Below, piece by piece: positions 36,346-44,642 of a stretch of 64,000 bases of DNA (positions within the stretch are counted from its first letter, which is position 1; the number at the start of each line of letters is the position of its first letter). The DNA lies in the NCBI GenBank assembly GCA_038895375.1, contig JAWANM010000001.1, forward strand, positions 3,587 through 67,586, read 5' to 3'. Under the pieces are notes generated by a model. It saw only the letters and a list, made by a program, of their open reading frames with translations. It made no database searches and was not told the DNA's origin. The stretch comes from Candidatus Pacearchaeota archaeon (GTDB taxonomy: Archaea > Nanobdellota > Nanobdellia > Pacearchaeales > UBA284). A program made the position numbers and the translations under genes.

Positions 36346-37038
36346 ATGCCAGAAGAAATTATTTTAAGCTCAAAAAGTGAAGATTTTTTTAATTTTGAAA
36401 ATTGCATTAAAACTATGAATTGCATTACAAACCCCGTTACAGAGAAGATTGTCGTTGATATAAATGCTAAAAACAGATGGTTTCTTTTCAATTTTGGAAT
36501 GCTTTTCGCGTATTTGCATTATTTTCCAAATAAAAAAATAGTCTCGGCAAAAAAGATAGAAAGAACTCCATACAAAAGCTTTGAAAATGTTCTTATTAGC
36601 ATAATTGAAAAAATTCAGCCATTGCAAAATTATAAAATAAATCAAAAGAAAGCATTCATAATAAGTCCTGTAAGGGAAACGCAAGACAAAATAACAAATT
36701 ATTTGAGATACTATAAATCGAAACTGCTAGAAAAAAATTTCGAGATGGTTCATCTTCCAATAGACGACACCAATCAAATGGACCCTATAGGAATAAACAT
36801 TTGCAGAAACAACTTGGAGGCAGCAGCAAGTTCCGGAACAATAAAAGTATTCTATCAAAAAAACAGTCTTGGAAGTGTTTTTGATTTAGGGATGATTTTT
36901 ATGTTGAAATACTATATCGACTTAAAAATTTATCCTAATGAAAAAAGAAAAATTGAAATTATCAATCCATTCAACTTAAGCAACGGAAATTACGAGAAAT
37001 TTTTATTACAATTAACAAAAAGAATAGGAAAAACATAG
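36346..37038 (+). CDS. Hypothetical protein (230 aa)
   Basis: ORF only. Confidence 0.35.
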   Translation: MPEEIILSSKSEDFFNFENCIKTMNCITNPVTEKIVVDINAKNRWFLFNFGMLFAYLHYFPNKKIVSAKKIERTPYKSFENVLISIIEKIQPLQNYKINQKKAFIISPVRETQDKITNYLRYYKSKLLEKNFEMVHLPIDDTNQMDPIGINICRNNLEAAASSGTIKVFYQKNSLGSVFDLGMIFMLKYYIDLKIYPNEKRKIEIINPFNLSNGNYEKFLLQLTKRIGKT

Positions 37039-37063
37039 TTTGAATTGCAATTATATTTAAAAA

Positions 37064-38542
37064 TTGTTGGCATTAAAATTAAAAATGAAAAGTCCGTATG
37101 TAATGCTTTATGGCTTCAATGTAGATGTTCTACATTTAAAGTACAGATTAAAAAAAGATTCTCTTCTTAAAAACAGTAAACAACTTAATTTGATTATCAA
37201 CAAAGTTTCTCCTGCAGTTATTGCTACAGCTTGCGCAGGCATAAGCCATCAGGAAAAAAGTTTTTCTTGGCTTAGAAAAAAATATAGAAATCTTGATAAG
37301 TTGATCGGCTTGGATAAAAAGCTTGTTGAGATGGGGCATTCCTCTATAGTCGAACACATGTTTTTTAATTTTGATGTTGTCTTGAGCAGGCTTGCTGTGG
37401 AGTTCTTGGAAAGCCATAGATTGGCAAGCTACACCGAAAAATCACAGAGATTTACCGAAGTTGATTACAATGCTTTTTATTTGCCATCTGAACATCAAGA
37501 TTTTGTTTCTCTTTTCAAAAAGCAAATTGAGCTATACAAAAAAGCTTTAGACTTGTCGAGAAAGCAACTAAAAGAAAAATTTGGAGAAAATTGGAAAAAA
37601 TACGATAATAAGGCCAAAGAAGACTCAAGATTTGTTTTGCCTCTGGCAGTTTTAGCTCCTTTAAATTTTAGCGTGAATGGACGTGAATTAGAATATATCA
37701 TTCAAAAGGCAAATTCTCACTCTTTACCAGAAATAAAAAAATTTGGTGAATTGCTAATTAAGGAATTGAATAGCAAAGTTCCTTGGGCCATGCACTTAAT
37801 CAAGCATACAGAAAAAGATGTTTATTATGAAAAAAATAAACAACTGGAAGAAGTTGTAAAGAGCTTGGCCTTGTATCAAAATTGTCAACAAAATACTTCT
37901 ATTGAAGTAGAAAAAGACGCCGACGACAAAATAATTGCTGCTCTTATTTTTGAAAATGCTCAGATCTCGTATGAAAAAGCTCTTGATTTTGTAAAAAAAC
38001 AAGATCAAAAGCTAAAATTTGAAATTGTTAGAAAAGCCTTAAAAAACATGGAAATGTATCATAGACCTCCGAGAGCTTTTGAAATTCCTTATGTAACTGT
38101 ATCTACTGCAATATCTGCTTCTTGTTTTGCCCAACTAAAAAGACATAGAATGCTTACGCTTTTGGTACAGCCCTACGATCCTAGCTTGGGATACACTATT
38201 CCGGAATCTATACATGAAATCGGTCTTGCAAAGGAGTATCTCGAATTAATGGAGCAATCCTCGGAATTGCTTTTCAAGCTTAGAAAGCAAGAGGATCCAG
38301 AAGCGGAATATGTAGTTACAAATGGCCACAAAAGAAGGGTGATTATTAAAATGAATTTTAGAGAGCTCTATCACTTTTCTAGATTAAGACAAGACAAGCA
38401 TGCTCAATGGGAAATTAGGAACCTAGCAAACGAAATTGTTGATCGAGTTAAAAAAGATATGCCTATAACGACAATTCTTCTTGGCGGCAAACACGAATTC
38501 CAAGACATCAAAAAATTGTTTGAAAAATATGAACAAATCTAA
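37064..38542 (+). CDS. thyX: Flavin-dependent thymidylate synthase ThyX-like, double-length
   Basis: N-half HSSIVEHMFFNFDVVLSRLAVEFLESHRLASYTEKSQRF is the ThyX signature (SHR..S....SQRF). C-half has a degenerate second copy (LKRHRMLTLL). 492 aa. Confidence 0.5.
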   Translation: MLALKLKMKSPYVMLYGFNVDVLHLKYRLKKDSLLKNSKQLNLIINKVSPAVIATACAGISHQEKSFSWLRKKYRNLDKLIGLDKKLVEMGHSSIVEHMFFNFDVVLSRLAVEFLESHRLASYTEKSQRFTEVDYNAFYLPSEHQDFVSLFKKQIELYKKALDLSRKQLKEKFGENWKKYDNKAKEDSRFVLPLAVLAPLNFSVNGRELEYIIQKANSHSLPEIKKFGELLIKELNSKVPWAMHLIKHTEKDVYYEKNKQLEEVVKSLALYQNCQQNTSIEVEKDADDKIIAALIFENAQISYEKALDFVKKQDQKLKFEIVRKALKNMEMYHRPPRAFEIPYVTVSTAISASCFAQLKRHRMLTLLVQPYDPSLGYTIPESIHEIGLAKEYLELMEQSSELLFKLRKQEDPEAEYVVTNGHKRRVIIKMNFRELYHFSRLRQDKHAQWEIRNLANEIVDRVKKDMPITTILLGGKHEFQDIKKLFEKYEQI

Positions 38543-39474
38543 GTTTGATTTGTTATACAATAAGTTTCCTCATGAAAATTTCTTACTAGGAAAACTTCTT
38601 TTAATATTTTTATAATCTCTTCCTTTACTTTTTTGCTTTCCTGCTCTGAAAGGCTATAGATCATAAAAGGCTTATTATAGTTGCCTGCTGTAAAAGTTTG
38701 CCACTTTCTCAAGTTAAAAGAATAGCAATATAAAGTTATTGGATTTTTCTGCAAAATTTTGATAAGAGGCTCGTTGTAAGGCCACAAATCTTTCGATGTA
38801 ATCAAATCGCAACAAACTTTGAAAATTTTCCTCACATCGCCATCACAAGAAATTCCAACAAGCGGCTCGCCAAAAGCAGAGTCTATTAAAGCTGCCACGA
38901 ATTTTTCATCGGTATGCAGATCTTCATATACTTTATGATAAATTTTTTTCTCACACTTAGAAGGCTTAAATTTTTTCATCGAGCCTTTTTCAGTAAGAAT
39001 TTCTATAATTTCTACTAAAGCGCTATAACGTTCTTTACTTTTTGGATTGTATATTTTTCTTTTCGCTTCTTTTACCAATTCATTAGCTAAAAAGCAAAGG
39101 TCATTAAAAATTTTTTTATTATAGCTAGGCTCGTTCAATTTTCGACGATATTTTATCCTAGGATTTAAGTTTTTTTCAAGCACATTGAGATATTTGGCTT
39201 TTTCGCTCAATATTTTAGAAAAGCTATAAAGCTCGTCAACAGTGCTGTCGATTATTTTTACATTGTGCAAGCTTAACAAGTTTAGAGCCATGCATATTTT
39301 ATTCTTTGCATTATCCAATTGTTCGTGATCCATTTCTTTGTAAAGTCGTGCTTTATAAAAAGTGCGATAAAAACTTTGTGGTACGATAATAAGACTAGAA
39401 GTTTCTAATAAGAATTCTTGTTCTCGATTCATTATCCTTTCAAGATTCGAAATGCTTGTATTACAAACTTCCAT
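38539..39474 (-). CDS. Hypothetical protein (311 aa)
   Basis: ORF only. 4-nt overlap with thyX on the opposite strand. Confidence 0.35.
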   Translation of the reverse strand: MEVCNTSISNLERIMNREQEFLLETSSLIIVPQSFYRTFYKARLYKEMDHEQLDNAKNKICMALNLLSLHNVKIIDSTVDELYSFSKILSEKAKYLNVLEKNLNPRIKYRRKLNEPSYNKKIFNDLCFLANELVKEAKRKIYNPKSKERYSALVEIIEILTEKGSMKKFKPSKCEKKIYHKVYEDLHTDEKFVAALIDSAFGEPLVGISCDGDVRKIFKVCCDLITSKDLWPYNEPLIKILQKNPITLYCYSFNLRKWQTFTAGNYNKPFMIYSLSEQESKKVKEEIIKILKEVFLVRNFHEETYCITNQT

Positions 39475-39562
39475 ATCTCAATGAGAACAAAAAAATTTTT
39501 AAAATTTTTGAAAGACTTTAAGTTATAGTAAAATATTTTAATTTCCAATTTTTTATTGTTCT

Positions 39563-40255
39563 ATGAAAATTTTCGTTGGTACTAGCGGTTGGTTTTATAG
39601 CTGGAACAAAGAGAGAAGCCTGGAATGGTTTGTCAAAAATTCTGGTTTGAATGCTGTTGAGCTTAATGCATCTTTTTACAGATTTCCCTTTCCGAATCAA
39701 GTAAAAGCATGGGCCTCTAAAGCTAAAAGCTTAAGATGGACAATCAAAGTGAATCGTCTAATTACGCACGTACATAAATTCAATAAAGAAGCTACAAAAA
39801 TTTGGAAAAGATTTTATGAATTGTTTGAACCTTTAAATCCTTGTGTAGACTTTTATTTGTTTCAATTGCCTCCTAGTTTTGTCGATATCGAAAAAGCGCT
39901 CGAGTTTGCAAAAAAAATAAAACTGAAAGAAAGGTTTGCTTTGGAGTTGAGAAACAAAAAAATAATTGAAAATTTAAAAGAAAAAGAAATAGAAAAAATC
40001 AATAAAAGAGTTACTCTCGTTTCTTTGGATTCGCCAGATTTTAAAAACAAAATTTTTGCAGGCAAAATTATTTACTTAAGAATGCATGGAAGAAATTTTT
40101 GGTATCGTCATAATTATTCTGAAAAAGAATTGAAAGAAATTGCAAACACAATAAAAAAAATCGAGCCGGAAAAAGTTTATGTTTTCTTCAACAATAATCA
40201 TGACATGCTAAACAATGCAAGACTAATGTTGAAGTTGCTACAGCAAAATTTTTAA
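39563..40255 (+). CDS. DUF72 family protein
   Basis: MKIFVGTSGWFYSWNKE..FYRFPFPNQVKAW, typical DUF72 N-terminus. Confidence 0.7.
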   Translation: MKIFVGTSGWFYSWNKERSLEWFVKNSGLNAVELNASFYRFPFPNQVKAWASKAKSLRWTIKVNRLITHVHKFNKEATKIWKRFYELFEPLNPCVDFYLFQLPPSFVDIEKALEFAKKIKLKERFALELRNKKIIENLKEKEIEKINKRVTLVSLDSPDFKNKIFAGKIIYLRMHGRNFWYRHNYSEKELKEIANTIKKIEPEKVYVFFNNNHDMLNNARLMLKLLQQNF

Positions 40256-40279
40256 TGTCTTCTTTATTTCTTTATCTAT

Positions 40280-40362
40280 GCCGCGATGGCCCAACTGGTA
40301 CGGCGCACGCTTGGAGAGCGTGTTTCCGAAAGGATTTCCAGGTTCGAATCCTGGTCGCGGCG
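40280..40362 (+). tRNA. tRNA-Ser (anticodon GGA), intron-less
   Basis: Acceptor GCCGCGA/TCGCGGC. Anticodon stem CACGC/GCGTG, loop TTGGAGA. Variable arm TCCGAAAGGA. T-arm CCAGG-TTCGAAT-CCTGG. Confidence 0.8.
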
Positions 40363-40365
40363 TTT

Positions 40366-41178
40366 TCAGGCTTTTCTAAAAAGCTCTACAAGCTCTTTGA
40401 ATTCTTTTTCTAGAGGTTCTGTATTCAGAAAGTCGGCAAGTTTTGCATTGCGCAATCTAAAGTGCAGATCACTAAGAAGTTCTCTCAAAGTTTTCGGCTT
40501 GTATTTTTTCTCATACTTCTTCAAATAAATAAAATTGTTGACTGTAATTGTGATCAAAAGTATAAACAAAATTGACGCTGCGATTATTCCACCAAAATCC
40601 CAAAGAGTCAGGCTCCCTAAAAAAGAATTTTTAAACACGATTAGCGGATAAGGAAAAACGAAACTAATAAAGCTAAAGGTTATTAAGATTAAACGACATT
40701 CGCTCGGGCCAAGCTTCCCATAAGAAATTCTAAAAGTGTTCTCTATATAAGTCATCAAAAGAACATTGATGGTTATCATAAAATAAAAAGCAATTATAAG
40801 CAGAGCTATTGAAAATTTAAGCGCAGAAAGACCTAGGCCTAAAAAAATGAAAAGAATTGCAAACATATCAGCTATATGATCGGCATAAAATCCTTGCTTG
40901 CTAACTACTTTTTTATATCGGGCTACTTCTCCATCCAAAGCGTCGGCAATCCAAAATACAAAAGCGAAAAAAATCGCACCCAAAAACCAAAGTTTATTGT
41001 AATTCGTAAGATAAAAACAAAGACCATTCAAAAAAGCGCTTATCAATGCTATAAAAGTTAATTGCATCGGTGTAAGTATCTTTGAAACTTTTGGAGCAAG
41101 TCTCGGCCATATTTTATTTTCTATAGGCCTTAAAAAAGATTCTTGTATCTTTTTTTCTTGTTTTTCCTTTTTTTTCAT
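40366..41178 (-). CDS. CDP-alcohol phosphatidyltransferase family membrane protein with C-terminal soluble extension
   Basis: WIADALDGEVARYKKVVSKQGFYADHIAD matches D..DG..AR........G...D...D. Confidence 0.75.
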   Translation of the reverse strand: MKKKEKQEKKIQESFLRPIENKIWPRLAPKVSKILTPMQLTFIALISAFLNGLCFYLTNYNKLWFLGAIFFAFVFWIADALDGEVARYKKVVSKQGFYADHIADMFAILFIFLGLGLSALKFSIALLIIAFYFMITINVLLMTYIENTFRISYGKLGPSECRLILITFSFISFVFPYPLIVFKNSFLGSLTLWDFGGIIAASILFILLITITVNNFIYLKKYEKKYKPKTLRELLSDLHFRLRNAKLADFLNTEPLEKEFKELVELFRKA

Positions 41179-41228
41179 AAAAGCATGAAAACGAATATAT
41201 TTATAAATTCATCTTAACTAAATAAAAA

Positions 41229-41768
41229 ATGGAACTCGAGAATTTGCAAAAAATAATAAAAAACAAACTAAAAAATTTGAAAGAATTGAAAAAAATTCGT
41301 TTTTCTTCCAATAAAAAGATGGTCTTTTTGCCAGGTTGTTTTGACGTTCTTCATCCAGATCATTTTCTTCTTTTTGCATGGGCGAAAAGCCTTGGAGATT
41401 ATTTGGTTGTTGCAACTAATTCCGATGCTTCTATAAGAAAATTAAAAGGAAAAAACAGACCTGTTGTACCGTTAAAGCAAAGAATAATCATGCTCGCATC
41501 CAATGGTTTTATAGATTATATAATTGTCTTTAAAGAAACCAACACTGTAAAGCTGCTGAAAGCATTGAAGCCACAAGTATATGCAAAAGGATCGGATTAC
41601 GTTCTCGACAAATCTTTTCTGAAAAAAAACGATAAAAGAAAAGTAATGAATCAAGAAGAGAGAAAAATAGTCGAATCTTATGGAGGGGAAATTAAATTTA
41701 GACCGGGTTCTTTCAACTATTCCACAACAAAACTTTTGAAAAAAATACAAACTTTCTTCAGAGATTAA
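41229..41768 (+). CDS. Cytidylyltransferase-like (HxGH nucleotidyltransferase; TagD/RfaE-domain-II-like)
   Basis: FLPGCFDVLHPDHFLLFAWAKSLGDYLVVATNSD..GKNRPVVPLKQRIIML..VKLLKALKPQVYAKGSDY. Confidence 0.65.
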   Translation: MELENLQKIIKNKLKNLKELKKIRFSSNKKMVFLPGCFDVLHPDHFLLFAWAKSLGDYLVVATNSDASIRKLKGKNRPVVPLKQRIIMLASNGFIDYIIVFKETNTVKLLKALKPQVYAKGSDYVLDKSFLKKNDKRKVMNQEERKIVESYGGEIKFRPGSFNYSTTKLLKKIQTFFRD

Positions 41769-42592
41769 CTTTCTAAAAGTCTCTCTATTTCTTCCTTAAA
41801 GTCTTGAGAAAAGCTTATGCCTTCTTCTTTTAAGCGAGCCAAAAAAGCGCTCTTTTCTAGCAACTCCCTCAAAGACATTTCTTTATAGCTTTTTTTATCT
41901 ATTTTGTTCAAATATTTCAAATTTTCTACAACACAAACCACTAGCATGTAAAATAAAAAAAACAAGCAAACAATTCCGGCAAAATCGAAAAGCGTTATCT
42001 GTGTTGTTTTTATGTTGAATAAGTAAAAAGGAAATTTGGGCAAAAATAAAGAAACCATGCTGAAGCCAAACAATATTATTCTTCCTTCTGTTCCTCCCAA
42101 GCCACAATAGGCTATTTTATACTTTCCTTGTGTATAAACTGCGAGAGCTGTGCTAATTAGAAGAAGCAAATAAAAGATAATTAAGCCGAGAGCAATCGGA
42201 AGCTTTAATAAAGGCGACAAACCAAGGCCGAACAGCATTGCTGTAACGGCAAAAGCATCTGAAAAATGATCAACATAATAACCATATCTTGGTCTTTGAA
42301 TTTTTCTGTATCTTGCAACTTCGCCATCAAAGCTATCTCCGAACCAATTTAAAAACAAAAAAATACAACTGCCTATAAGCCACCATTTGCTAAAATTTGT
42401 TAGGTAATAGCTTATGCCAACTAAAATAGCAGAAACAACGGAAATTAAAGTCAACCTGTCTGGAGTTAAAAAACCTGGAAGACGAGAAACCCATCTTTCG
42501 ATAATTTTCCTTTCTGTTTTATAAAAAATACCACCTTCTCTTTTTTTGTCTGCTTTTTTTATCTTTTCTTTTAATCTCTTTATTTTTTTCAT
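41765..42592 (-). CDS. CDP-alcohol phosphatidyltransferase family membrane protein (paralog of 40366..41178)
   Basis: NWFGDSFDGEVARYRKIQRPRYGYYVDHFSDAF. Same architecture with a C-terminal extension. Confidence 0.75.
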   Translation of the reverse strand: MKKIKRLKEKIKKADKKREGGIFYKTERKIIERWVSRLPGFLTPDRLTLISVVSAILVGISYYLTNFSKWWLIGSCIFLFLNWFGDSFDGEVARYRKIQRPRYGYYVDHFSDAFAVTAMLFGLGLSPLLKLPIALGLIIFYLLLLISTALAVYTQGKYKIAYCGLGGTEGRIILFGFSMVSLFLPKFPFYLFNIKTTQITLFDFAGIVCLFFLFYMLVVCVVENLKYLNKIDKKSYKEMSLRELLEKSAFLARLKEEGISFSQDFKEEIERLLES

Positions 42593-42640
42593 AAAAGTTA
42601 AAAAGCACTTGGCTTTTTAATCTTTCTAGTCGAAGCAAAA

Positions 42641-43279
42641 TCAAATTAGATTGTAATCTAAAAGTTGATTTTCAAGATTCAAGCCAGGACATGCTGTATT
42701 GAGCCATGCCAAATCTGGCCAGTTTTCGAGTTGCTCTGGAACAAAATTGTCCATCAAAAACAAGTAAACTTTTCCGCCTTTTTTTTCCAATCTTTTTTTA
42801 ATTTCTAAGGCTTCTCTCAGCTTGAGCTGGCCCGGCTTAATTGAAACAAGTATCCCTTTTTTGTCTGAAGAGAGAAACTTAACGTAAGCTGCTTTTTGTC
42901 TTGCTTTAATCTTGTTTATTTCCTCTTGATCAAGCTTATAAAATTGCGAGCTATTTGGATTAAAAACAAAAATCGGTTTTTTAAGAGAAAGAGCAAGCAG
43001 CATAGGATGAAAATTTCCTGAACCTATGTAAAGAAAACAAGAAACTTTATCCTGAAGCTTTAAAGCAGCTTCAAGCTTGCAGCCAAGAATTATACCTTCT
43101 CTATACACAAAAACTTTCTTGCCTTTTTCTTTGAATATAAAATAAAATTTTTTAAGCAAATACGAGAATTGTATTGTAGTAATCAAGCCAACTTTTTTAG
43201 GAAGCTTTTTAGCTATTTCTTCAATTGTTTCTTTAGAAATAAAAATTTTTTGCCGTGCTGGAATATAGAGAATTTTCAT
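42641..43279 (-). CDS. dph2: Dph2-like (diphthamide synthesis radical-SAM-like) protein, short two-domain form
   Basis: FLYIGSGNFHP, GILVSIKPGQLKLREALEIKKRLEKKGGKVYLFLMDN and ACPGLNL resemble the C-terminal two domains of archaeal Dph2. No room for an N-terminal domain because the SepF stop abuts the start. Confidence 0.4.
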   Translation of the reverse strand: MKILYIPARQKIFISKETIEEIAKKLPKKVGLITTIQFSYLLKKFYFIFKEKGKKVFVYREGIILGCKLEAALKLQDKVSCFLYIGSGNFHPMLLALSLKKPIFVFNPNSSQFYKLDQEEINKIKARQKAAYVKFLSSDKKGILVSIKPGQLKLREALEIKKRLEKKGGKVYLFLMDNFVPEQLENWPDLAWLNTACPGLNLENQLLDYNLI

Positions 43280-43669
43280 TTATTCTTTCTTTTCGCCTGC
43301 TGGCTTTGCTGTAGTTTCGCTTTCTCCTTTGTAGATTTCGACAAAAGAAGGAGTTGCTACAATAATATTCTCTCCAAATCCTGCAATATTTCCTTCCAAA
43401 GCATCTACAGTTTTCTTGAGTTTTGCTATTGCTCTCTTCAATTCAACAACATCTTTGCTTTTCAATGGTTTGATGTCTATAATAGCTATGCTATAGCCTT
43501 CTCTCAATACTTCAAGAATTTTATTGGTATCCTCAAAAGTTTTAAGAATGAAAGGCCTTATAAGAATTTTAGCTTTCTTTGTCTCTTTACCTGTTTCTAT
43601 TTCAAGATAATCTGCCTCACTCGGCTCTTCTTTAGCTCCAAAGATTTTTTTGAAAATAGACATTTTCAA
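43280..43669 (-). CDS. sepF: Cell division protein SepF (DUF552)
   Basis: YSIAIIDIKPLKSKDVVELKRAIAKLKKTVDALEGNIAGFGENIIVATPSFVEI. Confidence 0.7.
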   Translation of the reverse strand: MKMSIFKKIFGAKEEPSEADYLEIETGKETKKAKILIRPFILKTFEDTNKILEVLREGYSIAIIDIKPLKSKDVVELKRAIAKLKKTVDALEGNIAGFGENIIVATPSFVEIYKGESETTAKPAGEKKE

Positions 43670-43707
43670 TTTTAGTTTTCAGTTTTCTTGAGTTTATAAA
43701 TTTTTTG

Positions 43708-44052
43708 CTATTTTTTTTCAACTTTTAACTTGTTCAAAATTGACGATCTTGCTTTTAAAATTTTTTCTCTAAGCTCTTTTTCTTGATTTTCTATGGCTTT
43801 AATTCTAAGCTCCAAAATTTCTGCTTTTTTCTTCAACTCTTTCTCGAGCTCTGCTTTGTCTGCTTTGAACATAACAGATCCTATAATTTTGTAAGTTTCA
43901 TTATCCTTAAGCTTTAAAAGTTCTTGCAGGGCATTGTTTGTTTCAAGCAACTCTAGATTGAATACTTGCTTTTGCAAGATTAAATTTTGAAGAGCTTGCT
44001 CTGTAAGCTGCAATTGCTCTAGTGTTAATTTTTCCTTTTCTGCTTTTTCCAT
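43708..44052 (-). CDS. pfdB: Prefoldin subunit beta
   Basis: Coiled-coil EQLQLTEQALQNLILQKQ..YKIIGSVMFKADKAELEKELKKKAEILELRIKAIE. Confidence 0.75.
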   Translation of the reverse strand: MEKAEKEKLTLEQLQLTEQALQNLILQKQVFNLELLETNNALQELLKLKDNETYKIIGSVMFKADKAELEKELKKKAEILELRIKAIENQEKELREKILKARSSILNKLKVEKK

Positions 44053-44053
44053 T

Positions 44054-44191
44054 TTATATGGCTTTAACTTTCTTGATGGCTTTTCTTGGCTTGAAAAATA
44101 TCTTGCTACCGCAATAAGGGCAAGAAAATCTCGTCTTCAAAACTTTATCAGATACCTCTTTACCGCATGAAAAGCATTTATAAACTGGCAT
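44054..44191 (-). CDS. rpoP: DNA-directed RNA polymerase subunit P (RpoP/Rpc10), 45 aa
   Basis: Manual translation MPVYKCFSCGKEVSDKVLKTRFSCPYCGSKIFFKPRKAIKKVKAI (CxxC...CxxC). Immediately upstream of pfdB and downstream of rpl37ae, as in the conserved archaeal cluster. Confidence 0.7.
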   Translation of the reverse strand: MPVYKCFSCGKEVSDKVLKTRFSCPYCGSKIFFKPRKAIKKVKAI

Positions 44192-44245
44192 TTTTCTATT
44201 TTCTTTAATTTATAAGTTTATAAACTTATGGGTCATTGTAATGCT

Positions 44246-44461
44246 TTAAGCTGTAAGAAAGTAAGCATTTGAAGTGAATTTTCTTTCGCAAGCTTTGCAA
44301 ATCCATAGTCCTTTGGCCAGTCTTTTAGCTTGAAGCTTTTTGCAATATGGACATTTTTGCTTTTTTCTTTGCTTTTCTTCTATTTCAGACCATTTCGCTC
44401 TAACCCTGGCTCCATAACGCGGTCCGAATTTGCCTGCAATATTTCTCTTTACTTTTTGCAT
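44246..44461 (-). CDS. rpl37ae: Ribosomal protein L37Ae (eL43)
   Basis: IAGKFGPRYGARVR..IEEKQRKKQKCPYCKK..KGLWICKACERKF. Confidence 0.85.
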   Translation of the reverse strand: MQKVKRNIAGKFGPRYGARVRAKWSEIEEKQRKKQKCPYCKKLQAKRLAKGLWICKACERKFTSNAYFLTA

Positions 44462-44494
44462 TCTAAACCTAAAGCTAAGAGGTTTTTAAAATTA

Positions 44495-44598
44495 TGGGGC
44501 TGCCCGGATTTTCATTTGGAATTTTGAACCGGGGTCTCGAGTGTTCTTGGATTTTTCTCCCAAGACTCGGGTACTAAACCAAGCTATACTACAGCCCC
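44495..44598 (-). tRNA. tRNA-Pro (anticodon TGG) with two introns: ~15 nt in the anticodon loop and ~14 nt in the T-loop
   Basis: Minus strand: acceptor GGGGCTG/CAGCCCC. D-stem GTAT/GTAC. Anticodon stem CGAGT ... ACTCG with loop CTTGGGA followed by insertion GAAAAATCCAAGAAC (contains UCCAAG complementary to the anticodon loop). T-stem CCCGG/CCGGG encloses 21 nt TTCAAAATTCCAAATGAAAAT. 104 nt total, 75 nt after removal of both inserts. Confidence 0.6.
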
Positions 44599-44642
44599 TT
44601 AAGAGTAAAGCAAAAATATATTTAAAAAGATTATTTCATTCG

